A DNA stretch of 20,000 nt from IMG/VR virus record IMGVR_UViG_3300024999_000095, one strand, 5' to 3'. Position numbers and translations under genes: made by a program. The first letter of the stretch is position 1. Each line of letters opens with the position of its first letter. This document shows positions 14,483 to 20,000 of this stretch, one piece after another. Below the pieces are notes generated by a model. That model worked only from the letters and a program-made list of their open reading frames with translations, searched no databases and had not been told where the DNA came from. The DNA comes from an uncultured virus (IMG/VR IMGVR_UViG_3300024999_000095) (Duplodnaviria > Heunggongvirae > Uroviricota > Caudoviricetes).

Positions 14483-15825
14483 GGGGCATCACTCATTGCG
14501 TTAAATTGCTCATAGATTAGTACTACTGATATTTTTCCCCCTGCTGTAAATACCCCACCCCCATTACGGGAGATAGTTACGTAGGTTGTTCCGGCTGTGA
14601 TTGGTGAGGCCACGTTAGGGTCAAAAAATTTATAGAGCTTGTGGTTTTTAGTTACCGGTTGGTTTGCTGTAATTGCCTGTGTCAACCCGCCAGTATAGGC
14701 GACATCCCAACTCTCGGTAAGGGCCGTATCGACCCGCATTTGTATCCCCACCATCCGCGCAGCGGCTGGGATAGATGCTGCTATATTTACTGACTCTGCC
14801 GCTGGAATATCTGCCGAGCTTTCTATCGTTTTCAGATGCATTCCACCGTTCTTAGTTGCAGGGGAAAACAGGTTACTTCCTCCGTACCACTGGTATCCCC
14901 CGTCGAATTTTGCCCCAAATACATTTGCAGTAGATATTGTCAGTCCATACCCCGACGAGATATCTGTTGATAATGCAACAGAACCGCGCCCGGAGGCTAC
15001 AGCAGCCCTCCCCCATGCCATTGAACCTTGGCCTGTGGCAGAACTCCCAGACCCGCCAACAACGGTAGCGGAACTGCCTGCCCCAGTGGTATGATTCACG
15101 CCGCCGAGAATACTTGAGTATGCCCCTGCTCCGGTTGTGTTACTTTTGCCCCCAATAATTACCCCATACTGTCCGCCAACGGTATTCTCTCCACCTCCTG
15201 AGATTACTGATTTATACGCGGCAGCAGCAATCGAGTTAGTGAATCCACCCGCAATGGTTGAGTAATTTGCCCCGGCAGCGATCCCTTGAACAGTTCCTCC
15301 ACCAATTACCGAGTAGTCTGATCCGGCTGCAATTGTACCGTATGACCCACCAGAGATTGTCGAGTGAGTGGCTTGGATAACGTGGTGCGCTCCACCAGAT
15401 ATCGTAGACGCTGCACCATCAATATCGGTTGTTGAGTTTATCCCATCTATATGATTGTCGTACCCTCCCCCGATAGTTGCGTACCGAGTTTCATCTCCGT
15501 CTATTATCTGCAGCGCACCCGTATAACCCCCACCTGAGATAGTGTTTGCTCGACTATTTGTGCCTGATGCTACCGAGTTATCAACAAATCCAGCCGTGAT
15601 GTTTGGGGCACCTGCCCCAGTAGCAATGTTAAATTTTGTTTGGCCATCGAGGGGTACAGTGACAATAGAATCCCCATCAACCCAACCTTTTACTCCAGCG
15701 TCAGTCTGCCCAAAAATTTTAAACCCTAATGAGCTTGTAGCTGCCCCGGTTGTAATAAGGTCAGCACCAAAAGAGGGGACTGCACAGGACAGTATCAGGG
15801 ATATTGTCATTAGTAATCGTTTCAT
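14479..15825 (-). CDS. Glycine-rich repeat fibre/adhesin-like protein with signal-peptide-like N-terminus
   Basis: ~15-aa repeats (S/A)(T/V)I(S/G/A)GG; 'ATGQGSMAWGRAAVASGRGSVAL' YadA-head-like; start MKRLL at 15825. Confidence 0.75.
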   Translation of the reverse strand: MKRLLMTISLILSCAVPSFGADLITTGAATSSLGFKIFGQTDAGVKGWVDGDSIVTVPLDGQTKFNIATGAGAPNITAGFVDNSVASGTNSRANTISGGGYTGALQIIDGDETRYATIGGGYDNHIDGINSTTDIDGAASTISGGAHHVIQATHSTISGGSYGTIAAGSDYSVIGGGTVQGIAAGANYSTIAGGFTNSIAAAAYKSVISGGGENTVGGQYGVIIGGKSNTTGAGAYSSILGGVNHTTGAGSSATVVGGSGSSATGQGSMAWGRAAVASGRGSVALSTDISSGYGLTISTANVFGAKFDGGYQWYGGSNLFSPATKNGGMHLKTIESSADIPAAESVNIAASIPAAARMVGIQMRVDTALTESWDVAYTGGLTQAITANQPVTKNHKLYKFFDPNVASPITAGTTYVTISRNGGGVFTAGGKISVVLIYEQFNAMSDAP

Positions 15826-15826
15826 G

Positions 15827-16498
15827 TCATGCACCTATATAAAGGTTTTCGCTATCGACCATCATCGCTTCGCCATCCACGACCAGAGCCTCAAAAACAT
15901 GCGACCAGGATGCAGCACCTGAGCCGTCAAGCAGAGCCGGGATTCTCCAGCCTGCGCCTATGGCTGTCTCGCCTGTTTCATCCAAATACTGTGTGCCATC
16001 TGCGACCGTGAACCCGGCTTCATTCGCGTAATTGGTGCCGGTGCCGTCTGTCCTTTCCGTAATCGTGACATCAGTCAGATACAGCACATTGCCGACTCCC
16101 TTCGCCCCAATCTCAAACGTACCGCCGACATTTATGCCAGGGAAATAGTCGATGAGAACACCGTCACGATGCCAGAATATATCCCAGCAATCCGGCCCAG
16201 GGAATGTCAAGGTGCCAGCTACGCTACAGGTGGGAGCGTCGCCGGTGGCGGTGATGGTGTCGCTGGTCAGGAGGCCGGGGCAGGGGGAGCTGCCCGCGCC
16301 GAGGAAACCGCTGGACTTTACTTGCTGGGTGGTGTGGGAGGCTATGGGCGCGTATGCGATGAGCTTGCCATCGTCTACTGTGGTGCGATACCAGGCTAGG
16401 AGGTTGGCTTGGTCAGGACCACTACCCTCACCCCCAGCGAATCCCCGCGATGCACCCCTGAAGATGCTCTTGAAAATGCTCTTTGCGACAGCCATCAA
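15827..16498 (-). CDS. Putative tail/fibre-associated protein
   Basis: ORF track; Gly/Thr-rich; position after the virion module. Confidence 0.65.
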   Translation of the reverse strand: MMAVAKSIFKSIFRGASRGFAGGEGSGPDQANLLAWYRTTVDDGKLIAYAPIASHTTQQVKSSGFLGAGSSPCPGLLTSDTITATGDAPTCSVAGTLTFPGPDCWDIFWHRDGVLIDYFPGINVGGTFEIGAKGVGNVLYLTDVTITERTDGTGTNYANEAGFTVADGTQYLDETGETAIGAGWRIPALLDGSGAASWSHVFEALVVDGEAMMVDSENLYIGA

Positions 16499-16794
16499 TC
16501 CACCAGTTGCACACCGACTGCGTTAGCGGTTACGCCTTTCACAAATTGCAGGGTGATGGGCGAGTCTACCTTCAGCGGCGGACTGGTGGCGGTCATGGTT
16601 ACTGCTGTGCCAAACTCGTCGTAGAGGGCGAGTGCTACGCCTGCCTCGTCCATCACGTTGACTGCGATAGTCTCGGTGGTCAGGATGCCAGCTACCTTGA
16701 TCGTGCAGGGGATTCTGAGCTTCGTGATGGTGATGACCTCAGTCTTGGCTGCGGTCTGCTTAGCTATAATCATCGACATCTTATTCTTCTCCAA
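16495..16794 (-). CDS. Small beta-rich putative virion protein
   Basis: ORF track; true start may be ATG 16779 after GGAG. Confidence 0.7.
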   Translation of the reverse strand: MEKNKMSMIIAKQTAAKTEVITITKLRIPCTIKVAGILTTETIAVNVMDEAGVALALYDEFGTAVTMTATSPPLKVDSPITLQFVKGVTANAVGVQLVD

Positions 16795-16838
16795 TTATTT
16801 GTTAGGAATAGCGCCCATAGGAATCCATCAAATGATAC

Positions 16839-16867
16839 ATTATACCATGTTTCTCAATTCCTAGCAA
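16839..16867 (-). promoter_or_regulatory. Leftward sigma70 promoter TTGCTA-17-TATAAT (TG-extended)
   Basis: -35 = rc 16862-16867, -10 = rc 16839-16844. Confidence 0.75.
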
Positions 16868-16937
16868 GCAAATAGAGTCACATGGTCAACGAATTATATT
16901 TCGCGTTGTACTTCTGTTTGATCAGCACTCTTTCCAG

Positions 16938-16966
16938 TTGACAGGCTTTTCATATTGTTGTATAGT
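16938..16966 (+). promoter_or_regulatory. Rightward sigma70 promoter TTGACA-17-TATAGT for the HNH gene
   Basis: Near-consensus elements ~30 bp before the ATG at 16997. Confidence 0.75.
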
Positions 16967-16996
16967 AATATCAAACATTAACCACACGGAGGATAC

Positions 16997-17692
16997 ATGG
17001 CTCTATTGCAAGACCTGACTGGACAAACTTTCAATATGCTGTACGTGGAAAAAATCTCACACCGCCACGGACCAAGGAAGAGGCCATACTACCAGTGTAC
17101 CTGCTCATGTGGCGGGACTGCTGTCGTTGAAGGTAGCAACCTGAAAAACGGTTCAGTCAAGTCGTGTGGTTGTTTGTTGAAAAAGGCTCCCCCGAACAAA
17201 ACACACGGAGGCAGGCAGCATCCTCTTTACAGCGTTTGGCAGAATATGAAAAACAGGTGCTACAATAGCAACGTCCCAGCTTACAAAGATTATGGGGAGA
17301 TCGGCGTTGACGTATGCGATTTGTGGCGTAACGACTTCCAACCGTTCTTTGACTGGGCCAAAGCAAACAACTGGGAAAAGGGTTTAGAGATTGACCGTAT
17401 TAAAAACGACAAAGGGTATTCCCCGGACAATTGTAGAATAGTCACAAGGAAAGTAAATCTCACCAACAATGGGATATATAACAACAACACCACCGGATTT
17501 GTTGGCGTTTCCCCTTTGCCACACTCAGAGGGCCGGTACGTCTCAACGGTATCGGTTGATGGCAAGCAAAAGTACCTCGGGACGTTCGATACTGTAGAGG
17601 ACGCTGTAGCAACCCGTAATAGATTCATTGCTGGCAACGCCCTGTTGCTGAAGGTTCAGCCTATGCCCTCTCAAGAAAACTCTGTATCATAG
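16997..17692 (+). CDS. HNH-type homing endonuclease with AP2 domain
   Basis: 'DLTGQTF...CTCSCG...KSCGC', 'LYSVWQNMKNRC', 'EIDRIKNDKGYSPDNCR', AP2 'NTTGFVGV...YLGTFDTVEDAV'; GGAGG RBS. Confidence 0.9.
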   Translation: MALLQDLTGQTFNMLYVEKISHRHGPRKRPYYQCTCSCGGTAVVEGSNLKNGSVKSCGCLLKKAPPNKTHGGRQHPLYSVWQNMKNRCYNSNVPAYKDYGEIGVDVCDLWRNDFQPFFDWAKANNWEKGLEIDRIKNDKGYSPDNCRIVTRKVNLTNNGIYNNNTTGFVGVSPLPHSEGRYVSTVSVDGKQKYLGTFDTVEDAVATRNRFIAGNALLLKVQPMPSQENSVS

Positions 17693-20000
17693 CAGTCCGC
17701 CGCTTCTCGATATCCTCAATCCGCTTGGAGTAGTCGCGCCCTGTAGTCTTCTCCAGGTTCTTCAGCCGGTTGACAATCTTCCGCCGCTTATTCAACTGAC
17801 CTTGCAACCGGTCGATTCTCTTCAGCCTCACCAGGTCGGCGCGGTACTTCGGGAGCAAGGTTCTGTCAGCCTCGACACGCTCCTTGATATCCTTGAGCTT
17901 GCTGCGCTCCTTGGCGAGTCTGCCATTCCACAGCTCTTCGTTGCTCTTTGCGCCGCGCCCCATGTGCCAGTATGCCAGCTTGCCGACGATGGGTATTGAG
18001 TCAAGCGACTTCAGCCCTTTGCCGTCTCCTGCTGACATGATATCCCGGCCTGCGCTGTCGATGAACTTGAACGGGGGAAGAATCTGTTTGGCGATTGCCG
18101 AGCCTACGCCCTCAGTCCTGGCTTTCCATGTGACAAACTTGCTGACACCGAACAACCTGAGCACGTTGTCAACCGTCCTGTCTTCCAGCGATGTTTCCCT
18201 GCCGAGCATCAGGTCTTTCAACTCATCCGCCCCGGCATTCGCCAGCACCAGCATCATCGACAGGTATGCCAGGTTGCGTACCCCTTCGATAACTTGGTTG
18301 CGCTCTCCGGTCTTGATCTTGTTGTATGCCTCGTTCCGGTACACATCGAACTGTTTCAACGTGTAGGACTTCAGCATGTAGAACAACCGCCCGTTGCCAG
18401 CCTTGAGGTATTGCTCTGACATTTCCGACAGGGCGGCAGGCTGGAAGTCAAGGAGTCTGCTGTAGACCAAGAGTTTCACGTTGTCGGTGATTGCTTTGTT
18501 TTGCAGGTCGATGATGACTGAATCAGTTTCCTCTTCAAAGATATGGTCAATCTCCGCTCTCAGTTTATCAGGTTCAGATACGGATCGTTTCTCGTACTTT
18601 TCCAGTGCCGCGTTAAGCAGGGATTCTTTACCAATCGCGTCCATCTTCTCAAGCCCAACCGCTTTGAAGACCTTCGCCACAGCATTACTCAGGGTGTCAG
18701 TATCTGCGAACTCTTGGGCTATGCGCTCAATCCCTACGTCTTCCTTGGTGATACGTGACTGTTTCGTCACCGACTTGTAGGCGTGTTTGATTGCTGCCGG
18801 TAGGCCGTATGCGTAGGCGGTCCATGCGAAGTCACCTATCTGGGTTATGGCTGAGGTGAAAGAACCCATCGTGTCGATATAGGAGAGGTTCTTGTACGCC
18901 TGAATCAATCCCCTTGTCCCGCTTTCGTGAAACCTTGCCTTGAGGATATTCGTTACCTCTTGCTCCTGCGACCCGTCAATCTCGCCAGATTTCAGAAGGT
19001 CGATGATATATGTGGCAATGTTGTCGTTATAGTCGCTCTGAGTTTTGTACCTGTCGAGTTTAGCCTGATACGAGTCGATGTTATCTCTGGTATCCTGCAT
19101 CCGCTGCTCGTCGGGGTTCTCGCTTGTCTGAATCTCCCTCAGTTTAGCCTGCGCCTGGTGCAACGCTTTCTTTGCATCGGAAACATACTCAGGCATCCGC
19201 CCGAAGAACTTCCGTGCCTCGATATCCTTCCTCATTGAGTGGAGATAACTTACCAGGGCGGCATCCGACCCCATGTAATACCTGTTCAACTCAGGGGGGA
19301 TTGACTTTATCTTGCGCTCTTTCGTGTTGCTCGGTGCGTACAGTCCTGTGCCGCCGCCGAGAATCAGATTTGCTACTATATCCGCCTGCATCTCAGGAGT
19401 CATGTCGGAAACGGTAATCCCCAACTCCTTAGCCCGTTTCTTCAACGCCTCGGAGATGTTCGCCCGCTCCGGTCCCTTGCCGATAGCCTCCAAGAATCCG
19501 CGTGAATCTTTGATGATGCGGGGGGAATAGTCTTCGATGAACCCTACGTCACGTCCTACGGCAATGGATTCCTCGCGTATCCGCTTGAGTGTTTCCCGGT
19601 ATGCCGCGTATTCCTTTTCCATGTGATACTTGGCAACCAGTGCGTTTATCTTGTCAACGTCACTGTTCTTCCGCGCCAGATCCCAGTCAGCGAAATCCCC
19701 CCGGCTCATCTTCTTGGCCTTGTTCAGCAGACCCTGCACCGCCTTAACGTCCTTGCTATGCCCTGTGCCGATTGCAAAGTCTAACTCCCGCACCTTCGCC
19801 CTGAGTTTAGGATTGATGTTTCCCAGCCGAGTAGAGATTGACCCAAGGAATTTGTCAACGCCTGCGACCACCTGCCGGCCTACCGACTTGACGCTACGGA
19901 TAGCCTCTGCCTTGCGGTTTACGGAGTAGGCTCGGTTCTGCGCGTATGCCTCTTCGCTGTTGGGGGGTGCAGATGCTACGCTGAATTTGATTCCGCTTCC
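17661..20000 (-). CDS. C-terminal part (at least 779 aa) of a very large helical virion/ejection protein; 5' end outside the window
   Basis: Frame stays open from 19871 to the window edge (GSGIKFSVASAP...); helical, charged composition; last gene before the fibre-like genes. Confidence 0.75.
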   Translation of the reverse strand, partial: GSGIKFSVASAPPNSEEAYAQNRAYSVNRKAEAIRSVKSVGRQVVAGVDKFLGSISTRLGNINPKLRAKVRELDFAIGTGHSKDVKAVQGLLNKAKKMSRGDFADWDLARKNSDVDKINALVAKYHMEKEYAAYRETLKRIREESIAVGRDVGFIEDYSPRIIKDSRGFLEAIGKGPERANISEALKKRAKELGITVSDMTPEMQADIVANLILGGGTGLYAPSNTKERKIKSIPPELNRYYMGSDAALVSYLHSMRKDIEARKFFGRMPEYVSDAKKALHQAQAKLREIQTSENPDEQRMQDTRDNIDSYQAKLDRYKTQSDYNDNIATYIIDLLKSGEIDGSQEQEVTNILKARFHESGTRGLIQAYKNLSYIDTMGSFTSAITQIGDFAWTAYAYGLPAAIKHAYKSVTKQSRITKEDVGIERIAQEFADTDTLSNAVAKVFKAVGLEKMDAIGKESLLNAALEKYEKRSVSEPDKLRAEIDHIFEEETDSVIIDLQNKAITDNVKLLVYSRLLDFQPAALSEMSEQYLKAGNGRLFYMLKSYTLKQFDVYRNEAYNKIKTGERNQVIEGVRNLAYLSMMLVLANAGADELKDLMLGRETSLEDRTVDNVLRLFGVSKFVTWKARTEGVGSAIAKQILPPFKFIDSAGRDIMSAGDGKGLKSLDSIPIVGKLAYWHMGRGAKSNEELWNGRLAKERSKLKDIKERVEADRTLLPKYRADLVRLKRIDRLQGQLNKRRKIVNRLKNLEKTTGRDYSKRIEDIEKRRTAMIQSFLERA

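Larger units (their letters stand above)
1..20000. mobile_element. Temperate bacteriophage genome segment (lysogeny module, attP, accessory genes, lysis, end of virion module)
   Basis: Integrase + repressor/Cro/Xis switch, attP with tRNA fragment, phage lysozyme, HNH-AP2 genes, dense small overlapping ORFs; no host housekeeping genes. Confidence 0.95.

Noticed and set aside
17802..19929. Plus-strand ORFs opposite the giant gene (and similar ones opposite 12282-16794)
   Set aside because: Antisense shadows of real genes, without RBS or motifs

Overview
A 20-kb segment of a temperate tailed phage, apparently in its excised or free form, because an intact attP has phage genes on both sides. Left to right: leftward early genes (NTGxx pentapeptide-repeat protein, Xis-like HTH, Cro-like HTH); an AT-rich divergent switch; an unusual repressor with an XRE-HTH plus two PAS-like domains and no S24 autopeptidase, coupled to a tyrosine integrase; attP containing the 3' half of tRNA-Thr(CGT); an HNH-AP2 endonuclease; two divergent arrays of small accessory genes; a ~520-nt ORF-poor, heavily base-paired and pseudoknotted minus-strand region behind a near-consensus sigma70 promoter (candidate large ornate ncRNA); a lysis cassette; lipoprotein, secreted and fibre-like genes; a second HNH-AP2 gene; and the 3' end of a very large virion protein. 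The two most interesting items are the candidate large ncRNA and the PAS-sensor repressor. All product calls are from motif recognition by eye; no searches were run.
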